64,000 nucleotides of DNA from Paecilomyces variotii. Lineage: Eukaryota. The notes under the pieces were generated by a model. The model was not told the origin of the DNA and did not search any database. It was given only the letters and a program-made list of their open reading frames with translations. The stretch's first letter is position 1. Every line of letters begins with the position of its first letter. Location of the stretch: assembly GCA_004022145.1 (NCBI GenBank), contig RCNU01000013.1; one strand, 5' to 3'. Below are positions 51,664 to 64,000 of the stretch, one piece after another. The position numbers were made by a program, and so were the translations under genes.

Positions 51664-54600
51664 ATGGCTTCTATCCAGTCAGTGCCCAATATGGGCGCTG
51701 GTAACATGAGTTTGCCCCCGAACCTGACCCAGCAACACGTCCAGGAGGTCTATCAGGTGAGTCTTCTCTCTGTTTCCCGGCCACCAGGACCGCGCTTCTT
51801 GCCCTCAGAAGATGTCGCAACAGGCGCTTTTCCCATCTGAAAAGAACACACCATACCAACACTCAGCGGGCCACTTTCAACAACAATGAGATCATTGAGA
51901 CCACCTCCCATGGATCGCGCTAACCTCACTGCAGAAATTTCGGCAGATGCAAGAACAGGGTGTCCGCCATGATGACCCCGAGTACCTGAAGGCTCACAAT
52001 CTCCTCACTGCTGTGCAACGCCAGACGGTTTACAACAAGCAGAGACAGTTCGCGCAGCAGCAACTTCAGGCGCAGCAACGTCAGCAGCACCTGCAGCAGG
52101 TGAACGGTGCTGGCCAGGACGGTACCCCCAACGGCGTTCATGGTGAGTTTTATCGGTTCTTCCAAGGACGTCTCCCATATTATTGTTACTAACTCGTCGC
52201 GCTCCATTTAGCCCGCAATGGATCCGTTGCTTCGTCTACTGGCGGACAAGAGTCGAATGCTACCGCTGCAGGTGGCCAGTCTCAACCCTCAGGGCAGACT
52301 GCCGCTTCCGCGCAGAAGGGTGCTCCAGCTGCGAATGGAAGCTTCTCCCCGGACCAGCTGGCTAGACTCCGAAACCAGATTGTTGCATTCAAGATGCTGA
52401 CGAAGAACGTTGCCATCCCGCCGTCTCTCCAACAGCAGCTCTTTGCCTCCAAGAAACGTCAGCCTTCCACTCCCGCTGATAATCTAGCTGCCGCAGAATC
52501 TGTGCTGGAGAATGCCTCCCGCGGTCGCAGTGAACAGGCTGCTGATAGCGCAGAGAAGGTCGAGCAGCCGAAGAGCTGGTACGAGAGCTTTGAGTCTCCC
52601 TACGAACTTTTTCCGAGCTCGATCAACTATGCGGATCACTCCATTCGTACCAATCGACCATACATCCCTAGCTTGATGCCCATGGGCATCGACCTCGAGC
52701 AGGTACGAGAAGACAGGGAAATGGCTCTATATAACAGGATCACTGCTCGCAAGGCCGAGCTGGCCCAGCTGCCAGCTAACTTAGGAGTTTGGGATGCGAG
52801 CAAGAGTGAGACTCCTACCGGAGATGATTCTCTCAAGTTGAAGGCCTTGATTGAGTACAAGATGCTCAATCTGCTCCCCAAGCAAAGAGCCTTCCGTAAG
52901 CAGATCCAGAATGAGATGTTCCATTTCGACAATCTTGGCATGACCGCGAACCGCTCCAGCCACCGCCGCATGAAGAAGCAGTCTCTGCGGGAGGCAAGAA
53001 TTACCGAGAAGCTCGAGAAGCAACAGCGGGACGCTCGCGAGACGCGCGAGAAGAAGAAGCAGTACGATCAATTGCAAGCTATCGTGAACCACAGCCACGA
53101 GGTGCAAAATGCAGCCAACCAGCAGCGCGCCCGCATGCAGAAGCTCGGACGCATGATGCTTCAGCACCACCAGCACATGGAGCGTGAGGAGCAGAAGCGT
53201 GTGGAGCGTACTGCCAAGCAACGTCTTCAGGCGCTGAAGGCCAACGACGAGGAGACTTATATGAAGCTGCTGGGCCAGGCCAAGGACTCCCGTATCTCAC
53301 ACTTGCTCAAGCAGACCGATGGTTTCCTCAAGCAGCTCGCCGCTTCCGTCAGGGAGCAGCAGCGCAGCGTGGCCGAGCGGTTCGGCGAAGAAGACCAGTT
53401 CTACGAAGAAGAAGGCGAAGACGAAACTGATGAAGAAGAGGGTGGCAAGAAGATCGATTACTACGCTGTTGCTCACCGCATCAAAGAAGAAGTCACGGTG
53501 CAGCCTTCTATCTTGGTTGGTGGTACGCTCAAGGAGTACCAGCTCAAGGGTCTGCAGTGGATGATCTCTCTTTACAACAACAACCTCAACGGTATTCTGG
53601 CAGATGAAATGGGTCTTGGAAAAACCATCCAAACGATCAGTTTGATCACTTACCTTATCGAATTCAAGAAGCAGAACGGTCCATTTTTGGTTATTGTACC
53701 TCTCAGTACGCTCACCAACTGGAATTTGGAGTTCGAGAAGTGGGCCCCATCTGTGGCGAGGATCGTATATAAGGGACCTCCCAATACACGAAAGCAGCAA
53801 CAGCAGGCCATTCGCTGGGGCAACTTTCAGGTGCTTCTGACCACTTATGAATACATCATCAAGGACAGACCTGTTCTGAGCAAGGTGAAATGGAACCATA
53901 TGATCGTCGATGAAGGACATCGTATGAAGAACGCCCAATCCAAGCTCAGCAGCACCTTGACTCAATATTACACCAGCCGCTATCGGTTGATCTTGACCGG
54001 AACTCCTCTGCAGAACAACCTGCCTGAACTCTGGGCCCTGTTGAACTTCGTCCTGCCGAACATCTTCAAGTCCGTGAAGTCGTTTGACGAGTGGTTCAAT
54101 ACTCCATTCGCCAACACCGGAGGCCAAGATCGGATGGAACTTAGCGAAGAAGAGCAGCTGCTGGTCATCCGGCGTCTGCACAAGGTTCTTCGGCCATTCT
54201 TGCTGAGACGTCTCAAGAAGGATGTCGAGAAAGATCTGCCGGACAAGCAGGAGCGTGTCATCAAATGCCGTTTCTCTGCCTTGCAGGCCAAGTTGTACAA
54301 GCAGCTTGTCACCCACAACAAGATGGTTGTCAGCGATGGCAAGGGAGGAAAGACCGGTATGCGTGGTCTCAGCAACATGCTGATGCAGCTTCGAAAGCTC
54401 TGCAACCATCCCTTCGTGTTCGAGCCCGTTGAAGATCAGATGAACCCTGGTCGTGGTACCAATGATCTGCTGTGGCGAACGGCAGGAAAGTTTGAGCTTC
54501 TCGACAGGATCCTTCCCAAGTTCCGGGCTTCGGGGCATCGTGTGTTGATGTTCTTCCAGATGACGCAGATTATGAATATCATGGAAGATTTCCTCAGACT

Positions 54601-56201
54601 CCGTGGCATGAAGTATTTGCGTCTTGATGGTTCTACAAAGTCGGACGATCGGTCAGACTTGCTGAAGATCTTCAACGCACCGAACTCCGACTACTTCTGT
54701 TTCCTTCTTTCTACTCGTGCCGGAGGTTTGGGTCTTAATCTGCAGACTGCAGACACTGTCATTATTTATGACTCGGACTGGAACCCTCACCAGGATCTGC
54801 AGGCCCAGGACCGTGCGCATCGTATCGGTCAGAAGAATGAAGTGCGCATTCTCCGTCTGATCAGTTCTAACTCTGTTGAGGAGAAGATCCTGGAGCGTGC
54901 CCAGTTCAAGCTCGACATGGACGGTAAGGTCATCCAGGCAGGAAAGTTCGACAACAAATCGACCAACGAAGAGCGTGATGCTCTTCTGCGAACTCTCCTG
55001 GAGAGTGCCGAGGCAGCCGATCAGCTCGGCGAGCAGGACGAAATGGATGATGATGATCTCAACGAGATCATGGCTCGCTCCGAAGATGAGCTGGCGCTGT
55101 TCCAGCGCATCGACCAGGAGCGACTCAAGAACGATCAGTATGGGCCTGGTCGTCCCCTTCCCCGTCTGATGGGCGAGTCCGAGTTGCCGGACATTTATCT
55201 GACGGAAGAAGCGCCGGTTACAGACGAGGTGCCAGTCGATGAATTGGCCGGACGCGGTGCCCGTGAGCGCAAGGTCACTAAATATGACGATGGCCTCACT
55301 GAGGAGCAGTGGCTGATGGCGGTTGATGCTGATGATGACACGATCGAGGATGCTATCGCCAGGAAAGAGGCTAAGATCGAGCGCCGTCGCAACAACAAAG
55401 AAAAGCGGGCGCGCAAGAATCAAGGCATCGTCGAGTCATCTCCTGAGCCCTCTCGTGAAAGCTCAGAAACTCCTCAGCCCAAGAGGCGTCGCAAGGGGCC
55501 CGCGCCTAAACGCAAGGCAGAATCTGAGCTGGTCGAAGAGACGCCGCCTACCAAGCGCAAGAGGGGCAAACCGGGCAAGGTTGTCGAGACCCTCAGTCCG
55601 GCTGACCGCGCGACATTGCAGAAGATCCTCACCGCTGTCTACCAGGTGTTGATGGATCTCGAAGAGGAGCTTGCTCCTGACTCGTCTGACAGCGAGGATG
55701 AGACGGTTACCCGCGCTATCATTGAGCCGTTCATGAAGCCTCCGCCCAAGTCACAATACCCTGATTATTACATGATCATCCAGAACCCGATCGCCATGGA
55801 TATGATCAAGAAGAAGATCAATCGCGAGGAGTACCAGAGTCTGAAAGAGTTCCGCGATGACATCCACCTTCTCTGTCAGAATGCGCGGACCTATAACGAG
55901 GATGGCAGCATTCTGTTCCAGGACGCCAACAAGATTGAAGTAAGTCTTTTCTATGAGTCTTCAATGAGCCTTTTGCTAATGGATGTTACAGTCTACTGCT
56001 ATCAGTGAAATCAAGAAACAACTGGAAAACTACCCTGATTTTGCCAACCCTGATGAGGCTGACGCTGCGGATGGCCAGTCTACTGCTGTCTCCGGTGCCG
56101 GGACACCGTCGGGCCAGCCCAAGTTGAAACTCACATTCAACACCGGGAACCGAGACAGTGCCAATGAAACAAATAGCGGTGCTGTGAGTGACGAAGAATG
56201 A
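51664..56201 (+). CDS. snf21: SWI/SNF-RSC catalytic ATPase Snf21/Sth1 (QLQ, HSA, SNF2 ATPase, bromodomain)
   Basis: QLARLRNQIVAFKML (QLQ), GILADEMGLGKT, IVDEGHRMKN, LTGTPLQN, STRAGGLGLNL, QAQDRAHRIGQ, YPDYYMIIQNPI..NARTYN. Probable 5'-UTR intron at 51386-51660. Confidence 0.97.
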
Positions 56202-57007
56202 AGTGACTGGGCACTCAATCATCGGCAACGCGGGTCTTCGGTGACCTTCTCTGCGAACGCATAGTCGAGGCTATCGGTTTCTCTCTCTGGGAGGGAGTTG
56301 GTGGAGTATCGCGCGTGCAGTCTCGTTGCTGAACTTTTCTTTTTTGCGGTTCTGACATTCAGGAAGGCGTTATGTGACAACGAAACAGGCGATAGGATGA
56401 CGGTTGGTGGCTACGGTGCAATACGCAATCAATCAATTTGAGATTGGGAAGTTAATTTTCTCTTCACTTCTACTGTTAGCCATTACTAGATCAGAGGATA
56501 CTCATTTATTCCCGTTCTGCTTGGTTTGCACCATTTGTTTCGACGTATATGATGGCTTGTGTACGATTCAGTGTAGTTTATGGACCTATCTATTCTTGAT
56601 CTTCTACCTTTTCCGCTAACTTCCGCATCATATCTAAATCTTAATTTATTCTTGTATCGCGTCTTTATGAGCCTAAGTGGACAGAGAATGGTAAACTGTG
56701 AGCGAGTAAGTTAGTTACAGGCTTACAGCACAAAAATAGGACAGCGGGAGAGCACGGGCCGCGTGGTAACGTCATGACCACACGTGACCGGACACACCGT
56801 CATCCGCTAAGTTAGCTCTTCCCCAAAAGAAGGGCCAGCGTTTCCTTTCGACTCTCAAGCTCTCTCTCTTCATTAAACATTTTCCTGTCTCTGTTGGAGT
56901 CCGCACCGCCACAATTCCTATTTCCAGCATCCCTGCAGCAACTGGATTGAGATAATACCCAAGTCTCCCATTGATTCTAGCATCAGAAACCTCACAGCCA
57001 AGACAAA

Positions 57008-58028
57008 ATGGCCAGCTTGCAGGATCGTGCCCAGCACCACATATCCCAGCTCGACAAGGAGGTGTGTATACCTTGTTCTTGACCGACAATTCGGTTTTCT
57101 TTTACCTGAGCATTTCTATTCCTTGAAGCTTCCTACACGGGAAGCTTGTCTTGGAAAAGGAATTCCGCGCTCAGAGAAAGGCCAGGGATAGGAGCTTTTT
57201 TTGCTGACGAAGAAATAAAAAAAAATATAATTAGCTCTCCAAGTATGCCGCGCTGAACAACCTGGAGAGACAGACCTCCGTCCCTAAGGTCTATGTCGTC
57301 CTGGGTCTCGTTGGCATCTACTTCTTCCTCGTCTTCTTCAACATCGCTGGCCAGTTCCTGGTCAACTTTGCTGGTTTCCTCATCCCAGGTTACTACTCGC
57401 TTCATGCCCTGTTTACTGCTGGTACCGCCGATGACACTCAGGTAAGTTGACTTGCGTACCCTCTCACTTCTGAGGGATCCCTTCATGCATGACTGATGAC
57501 TGACTGTGATTGATATAGTGGCTCACCGTAAGTTCCCTTCGTTGATGATGGTCATAGCCCGCGTGATGTTGGCCGCGGCATCTCATGCGACCGGCTATCG
57601 ACCCACGTGACGTGATAACGGAAACTAATCACATGCGAATCAACAGTACTGGGTTGTGTATGCTTTCCTGACTGTCCTGGAGAGCGCTGTCAGTGCTGCC
57701 TACTGGTTCCGTAAGTTACCATATGAACTTTTTCGATTGCAGTCCAGGAATGGGCCACTTGACAAGTTTCATTTTCTGACCTGCGAGCTATCTAGCCTTC
57801 TACTACATCTTCAAGTTTGTGCTCGTCCTCTGGATGGCCCTCCCCCAGACCAAGTAAGTAATCAGCCAATGACAAGCCTTCGATGAGTCGCGATCTGACA
57901 ATCTTCACAGCGGTGCTCAGATCGTCTTCCACTCTTTCCTCCAGCCTCTGCTGGGCCGCTTCTTCCAGGGTGGCTCTACTTCCTCCAACCTCCGCTCCCA
58001 GGCCGATGCTGCCGCCAAGGACCAGTAA
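57008..58028 (+). CDS. YOP1: YOP1/REEP (TB2/DP1/HVA22) ER-shaping protein, 6 exons including a 9-nt microexon
   Basis: LDKELSKY, LERQTSVPKVY, GFLIPGYYS, DDTQ-WLT-YWVVY, WFPFYYIFKF, LWMALPQT. Confidence 0.95.
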
Positions 58029-58693
58029 GTCTGGGGCCGTTGGCCGGGATGGATGTGAATCGCAAAGGGTGTTTTGGGATGTCTACATGGTGGCATGAGC
58101 TCTGCGCCAGTATAATCCCGCGATTCTGTTCTCCCGCGCGTGACGAGTCAGTTGAGTTAGGCGCTATCTCTGGATGAGAGTATCTCATAGCTTTTTGGGC
58201 TTTCCTTTTGGCAATTGTAGTAGATAGAAACGGAAGTGTGGTACAGACGCCACATAGGTGGTAGTTGGGACGGTGGTTAGGGTCGACCGCGGCTGCTGGT
58301 CGGACCGGTGAATGTATGGATAGGAACGAGTCCCTTTCTGTTTGAATCCATGGTTTGCGAGGATGATAAATGCTTTTTGCTTGCGTCTTTCCTGAAATCC
58401 AACAGCGCCGATTATTGATATTTTCTTTATTCCCATCTGGTCCTTTCCCGACTGTAGCGGTCTCGAAGTAGTGTAGTAGTAGTAGCGCAAATAATAATAT
58501 ACATTTCCTGACCAAGGCGCTCTTCTCCCGGTGCACCGTCTAGTGTTGAACTCCAAGACTCCTGATAACCCGTGGCGCAGCGTTCAGATATTCTCCCGGA
58601 ACGCGGGCGATAAGATGATTCGATGGCATGGAAGCCGACTAATGGCATCATGTCACTCTAGCTCGTGTCTATGTCTAATGGAGATGCCATCCT

Positions 58694-59591
58694 TTAATAT
58701 AGACCGATGCGATTACCCCAGCTGTCGGTGCGGGGGTTCAAGACGATGCGATAAGGGAACGGATTGGCATCGCTGGTAGTGATGGGCGGGATGTGGTCTT
58801 TATCCCGGTTGACAACGGCAAGGATCTTGAAAGCGGCTTTCTGGAGCATGTTTTCCATCGCCTTGCGGACCTTGGCCCTTTCTAAGGTGGTGTCAGTAAC
58901 TTTTGCTTTCGAGGCTCACCGGCGATAGTTAAGCCCGTCCGGGAACTGGACACTAGATACTCACCCGACTCAGTCTTGGGCGTTGCGATCGTCACATCCA
59001 GCGTCCAAATCTCCCAACAGACCTCCTCTTCGCCCTTTCCAGCCAACCCGCCGAACCAGAGCCCCGCACGCTTGCGCTTCTTCTCGAAGAACTCGACGGC
59101 GATGCGGCCGCGGACACCACCGCCGCCGCCTCCGTAGGCATTCGATGAGGATAGATGCTGGCGGACGAGCGAGGTGACGCGCGAGTCGATCAGGGTCTCG
59201 AGCTCGACATCGTTGATCACGGGTAGTGTGAGATCGAGGACGTCGACGGTGCTGGGACGGATGGAGGGGAAGTAGCGGTGGAAGAAGATGAGGTTGAGGA
59301 CGCCTAAGTGTGATGAAAAAGCCACTGTCAGCGCAGACACTTTTGATTTTGATTTTTGTTTAAGCTTGCGAGTTATTTCTCTCTCTCTCTCTGTGTCCTG
59401 TCTTTCTCTCCATCTTCCCCGCACGCACACACGGCAACGAGACTCGAGACCGTGAAAGAATCGCGATAAATGCGAAAGAGAAAAAAAAAGGGAAATCAGA
59501 ACGGGACCCAACCTTTTAAAACGTCCTTGACGGATGAAGTGTCTGCGAATATTTCCAGGAAGTATTCCGGAGGGGTCTTGCGGGGTTCCAT
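58694..59591 (-). CDS. ATG101: Autophagy protein Atg101 (HORMA domain), 3 exons
   Basis: MEPRKTPPEYFLEIFAD, VLNLIFFHRYF, VEFFEKKRKRAGLWF (WF finger), CWEIW, KDHIPPI, NPFPY. Confidence 0.9.
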
Positions 59592-60706
59592 GCTGAACAA
59601 GATCGAGATCGAGATCAAGATCAAGGAAGGAAATTTATATGTATGTATGTTCAACTCGAATTTTCCCTTTCCTCCTATTTTTCCCGCTTCTGCGTATCGT
59701 ATCGTATCGGTTTGCTTTATCGTCTCTTGACGATAGAGGGTATTTTAATGATCGCTCGTTGCGGGCGACCCAGCTGTATTAGACGGCCAGCTGGGCCGTA
59801 GAACCGTAGACTCGAGGATCAAAACGGGGACGATGTCGATGATGTGAGTAAGCAAGGTTTGGGCTGGGAGTGAGAGCGGAGGGAAGATTAAGAAGAGTAA
59901 AAGCGTTGGTTGAAGCTGGAGAGAGAGATGGTAGTTAGAGTAGTAATCAATCTGTTTTTTTCTTGACTGGGGAAGACGGTGAGGCGTCTCTCTAGGACTG
60001 GTTTAGCTAGTCAGGAAAGAAAAGAGGAAACTAGTTAAAGAGTTTAATAATTTAACTAAGGTGGTATTATTAACTCGAGTTGGGAAAGGAGATAGTTAGC
60101 AGCTCATTATTGATTAATTCGAACGGAGTGATGGGATGGATTAAATTGCCCCTCCAAAGAGAGTCTCGCCTGGGTTTGCTTTCCGGGAACGTCAGCGAGT
60201 CTCAGTGCCGGCAGAGAGAGAGAGGGATCTTATTTAGTTATCCTGGGGAGTCTACAGCTTTCAATGTGATGGTAAGATGGCGTGAAGAAGAAACACAGAT
60301 TGTGAGATAGATGAGATATTATTTACCATTTACTACCTACTCTGTACTTACTGTCTTACTAGTTCTTCATCCCCGCGACATTCTCCTTCACAGGGAACTC
60401 CAGCCATTTGCCGAGGAGTCGCGCTAGCTCGCCTTCCCCCAGTGCCACCGCGACCAGCTCTCCGCGCCATCATCATCAGTGAGCTGCGAGTTCATTCATC
60501 CTGCATCTTTCTTTCTTTCTTTCTTTCTTTTCTACTCCTGAGCTCATTCTTCATTATTTCCTGCTGAGAGATTGGCTGACTGGACTACTATCTCCAGTCT
60601 CTGATCTCAGCAGAGGCTGTATTCTGCACTCTTGGTTTCAATTTCTATACCATGACCTGAACACTCGTCATCGTTCCGTCCACGGTTTATCATTGTCCCT
60701 CGAACG

Positions 60707-62619
60707 ATGATCGGTGCTACCAAGCGCTGGTTCCGGCGCAATCGCAAGGGCCTTGCTGTCGGCTTCGGTGTCATCGGAGCTGGCTATCTGGCCGGACAGT
60801 ATGTGCTGTCCAAGATTGCAGAGGCGCGAGAGCGCATGAGCAGCGATCGAATCGCCAAGGAGAAGTACGTTGTTTCTGTTCGTTGTGGTGGTAGCGTGAA
60901 AAGATGGATGGGGCTGGCTTGGATGATGATCGTCATCCTGCTCGCGTGCGCATTGCAGAACACGACAATGGAAAAACTGACTGACGATTGGTGCCATGAA
61001 CAAACAGTCTTCGACGACGATTCGAACAGAATCAAACAGACTGTACTTTTACAGTGCTGGCTCTGCTTCCTACGGCGACGGAGAATATCCTCGAAGCGCT
61101 GCCCGTCGAGGAGCTCACGCAGGAGTTGCAGCGGAAGCGGGCGGAGAGACTGTCCCGTATGAGTGGGGATGCAACAGGGTCGGAATTCAGTTCAGCACCG
61201 CCCAGCACTACGGAAGATGATGGTCGGAGCTTGTCGAGCTTTCAGAGCGAGAGCTTTCTCCATACCAGTCAGATAGACCCGGATGGACAGCGGCCGAAGC
61301 GGAGTAAGACGCAGCTCTGGAATGAGGTCAAGATTAGCTGTATGTGTGGTCTTCCGAGAGAGTAACTATGATTTTGTGGTATAAACAACAATACTAATGC
61401 ATCGCAGCATTGACACGTGCTTTTACGCTCATCTACACCTTGTCTCTACTTACCCTTCTCACTCGCATCCAGCTCAACCTTCTCGGTCGTCGGAACTACC
61501 TCTCCAGCGTGGTCTCACTAGCGACGCCACCTGCGAATGCGGAGACCATCAGTCTGGAAGACCATGACGACGGGGTTGGACAGATGTTTGGCAATGATTA
61601 CGAGACCAACCGGCGGTATCTCACCTTCAGTTGGTGGCTGCTCCATCGGGGATGGAAGGACCTGATGGAAAAGGTCCAGGCGGCTGTCAAGGAGACCTTC
61701 GGCCCGGTGAACCCGAGGGAGGATATCACCATAGGCAAATTGTCCGAATTGACGCTCCAGGTTCGGAAGAAGATCGAAGGGGCCACGGAAGAAGAGAGAA
61801 GGTACGTCAACCTGCTGTTGATAGAGTCTTGCAATACTAACTAACTGTTGCAGGTCCAAGAACTGGTTGCCATACCTGCTGCCGCCTCGGGAGGAGGAAG
61901 ATACTGTCCTTCAGGAATCCGGGGTCATCACCTCGGCTCCTTCGTCTCCTCAGACGACCGCCACACTGCGACATCTCCTGGATGAGACCTCCGATCTGAT
62001 CGAATCGCCTTCTTTCACGCACATCCTGACATTGCTGAACAACGAGGGCTTCTCGACTCTGGTTGACCAGAACTGTGCCTCCCAGGCTTTCAAGGCCTCT
62101 CCTTCCACCCCCGGCTCCCCGAAGCCTGCTGTACAGAACTTTTCCTCTAGTGTCACCATTATCCCGGCATCGAGCCCATCAGCGCCGAAAGTGAAGCTGG
62201 CCACTGTACTTGCAGTGATGACGCGACAGGCGCATGTTATTGGAAACGGAACTCACCCGCCCAATGAGTACCTGGTGGCCATGGAGCAGGGCGTCCGCGA
62301 GCTCGAAGCCTTTGCGGCAGTCGTGTATAGTTCGAACTTTGATCTTCAGATGCCCGAATCGGGGCCGACCTCGTCTTCTGCTCCGCTCGGCGTCCAGAAC
62401 GAAGACAGAAGGGCCAGTGAGCTTGGCGTTTCGAGTCTCGTTGACCTGAGCCAGGTTGTCGCATCAGAAGCTGCCTCAAGGTCCGAGCAGGAAACCCAGG
62501 GCCCGTCATCCGCGATGCCTAGCGGAACGGTCGTAGACCCGGCATTCGAGAAGGTGTGGGGGAAGGCCGTGGAAGAAACCCCGAGCACGGCGGCTCATGA
62601 ACCGGCCGTTGCTCCGTAG
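60707..62619 (+). CDS. PEX3: Peroxisomal biogenesis factor Pex3, 4 exons
   Basis: RWFRRNRK plus TM anchor, LRRRFEQNQTDC, KTQLWNEVKI, LTRIQLNLLGRRNY, YLTFSWWLLHRGW, LEAFAAVVYSSNF. Confidence 0.95.
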
Positions 62620-62987
62620 ACATGATCATACGATATCTATGCGCGTCGATTTATCTCCCATCTCTCAGACATGTTTATTATTATGTATCTGCCTTTTCCA
62701 GGCTTCACGGTTGTGTTATATTACTGTCATTGCATGTGTAAGGTCGTATCAGACATGAGGGCGAATGGAGTGCGCCTCAAAACTCCATACCCTAGAGAAG
62801 GCGACTTATTAACATTAAACGATGCGGAACTGGTGAAATACGAGTAGAACCACGAAATCATACATATACACTCACAGTGAGACATGAGATAAACAACGTC
62901 TAAACAGAACTATCTAATCTATAATGACAAGGACAATGACACATGACTGACGCTAACATCTGCAGATCTACATCCCGTGTCTGATTA

Positions 62988-64000
62988 TCAACACGAGATG
63001 CCCTGGGGCACCGTTGGAGGAATGGCATCAGGGTTCGTGAAGAAGTTGTTCGGGTCATACGCCTTCTTGATCTGGACCAGGCGGCAGACGTTCGAGCCGT
63101 AGTAGGACTCGAATGGGTTTGTGGAAATGCCACTGTCCATGTAGCCGGAGTAGGAGGCGGGTCTGGGTATCATCACGGTCAGCTACAGTTTATGCATGAT
63201 AAAGGCAGGGAGGCTAAAAGGTACTCACCCTACAATAGGTCTGAGGAAGCTCTCGAGATTGGCAAACCAGTTCTCATACTTCGTCTGCGTGGCTGTATCA
63301 TTGGATCCATGGACCTGGAACTCCAGGTGCGCGTACGCCTCCTTTCGCCAGGGAAAGGCACTATCGATGGTGCTGGTCAGGTTCCACGCGTGCCACTCTC
63401 CCCAGACCTGCGACGCATCGTCCAACTGGCCGATCATATCAACGACCTTCTTCAGGTCGTCATCCGGCAGCGGCTTCGATTTCTGCAAGAAGAACGACTT
63501 GCTGAGCCGTCTGAACCGACTCCATGCCGGTGCGACACCACGAGAACTTGAGACAGGAACCTCGTTGTACTTGAACTGCGGGTAGTTGTCGTACTGGGAG
63601 AATGGGTCCGGAACGACATTCATGATTGCGGCATTGACCTGGTTGTCCGGTACGCATTCCGTCGTTGTGTATCCGAACACACGGGAGTTATCAGTGTTGC
63701 AATTACCGGAGATTTGGACCTGGGGCTTTCCGATCTGGAGAAGTCCGGAGGAGTTGATCAGCGATTGGAGCTGCTGTTGCGATTTGCCGAGATACCAGCC
63801 CAAGACTTGGACGTTGGATTTGTACACGTTCACCTGGGAAGTGAACTCCTTGTCTGCTTTCGGAGCCCAGTCGAGGAACTGTCTGGCCACGTCATATCGG
63901 AGGCTGCTGTCGTTCCATGAAATAGCAACCATCGCTGAGCGAGGCAGAGGACGCAGGCTCAAGGTCAGCTCGACCAGGATACCATACGTGCCGCCACCAC
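62988..64000 (-). CDS. FAD-linked oxidoreductase with BBE C-terminal domain (3' part only)
   Basis: GGGTYGILVEL at the window edge, SAFPWR, BBE motif YSGYMD..YYGSNVCRLVQIKKAYDPNNFFTNP; one intron at about 63162-63228. Confidence 0.88.

Noticed and set aside
53297-55423. Long antisense ORFs (413 aa and 256 aa) opposite snf21
   Set aside because: They mirror a codon-biased sense gene and have no recognisable domain; a common shadow-ORF artefact.

Overview
Gene-dense, intron-containing DNA from a filamentous ascomycete; gene content and splice signals suggest Eurotiales (Aspergillus/Paecilomyces-like), an inference made without a database search. I can support about 24 protein-coding genes: a LaeA-like SAM methyltransferase, a short-chain dehydrogenase, a USP deubiquitinase, mitochondrial uL5, the MAPKKK Ste11/SteC, two C2H2 proteins, a divergent Zn2Cys6 TF/O-methyltransferase pair, an Est1/Ebs1-like protein, adenosine kinase, DUF1770, a WHIM1-type protein, RPL2, an Ada-like alkylation regulator, a BAR protein, Snf21/Sth1, YOP1, ATG101, PEX3, a truncated BBE-like FAD oxidase and several hypotheticals. 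No transposon, rRNA or CRISPR was seen. The most striking element is an intron-containing tRNA gene (GUG anticodon, 39084-39217, minus strand). Its interacting G18 and U55 positions are both changed (A18/G55, T-loop GUGC) and it has a U3.G70 acceptor pair, so it is a candidate non-canonical, possibly non-proteinogenic tRNA. Other leads: a CaaX-ended deubiquitinase, twin TCCGCGGA sites between the TF and the O-methyltransferase, a palindrome-rich promoter, and long hairpins in intergenic, intronic and 5' leader positions. Exon boundaries and RNA pairings were read by eye.
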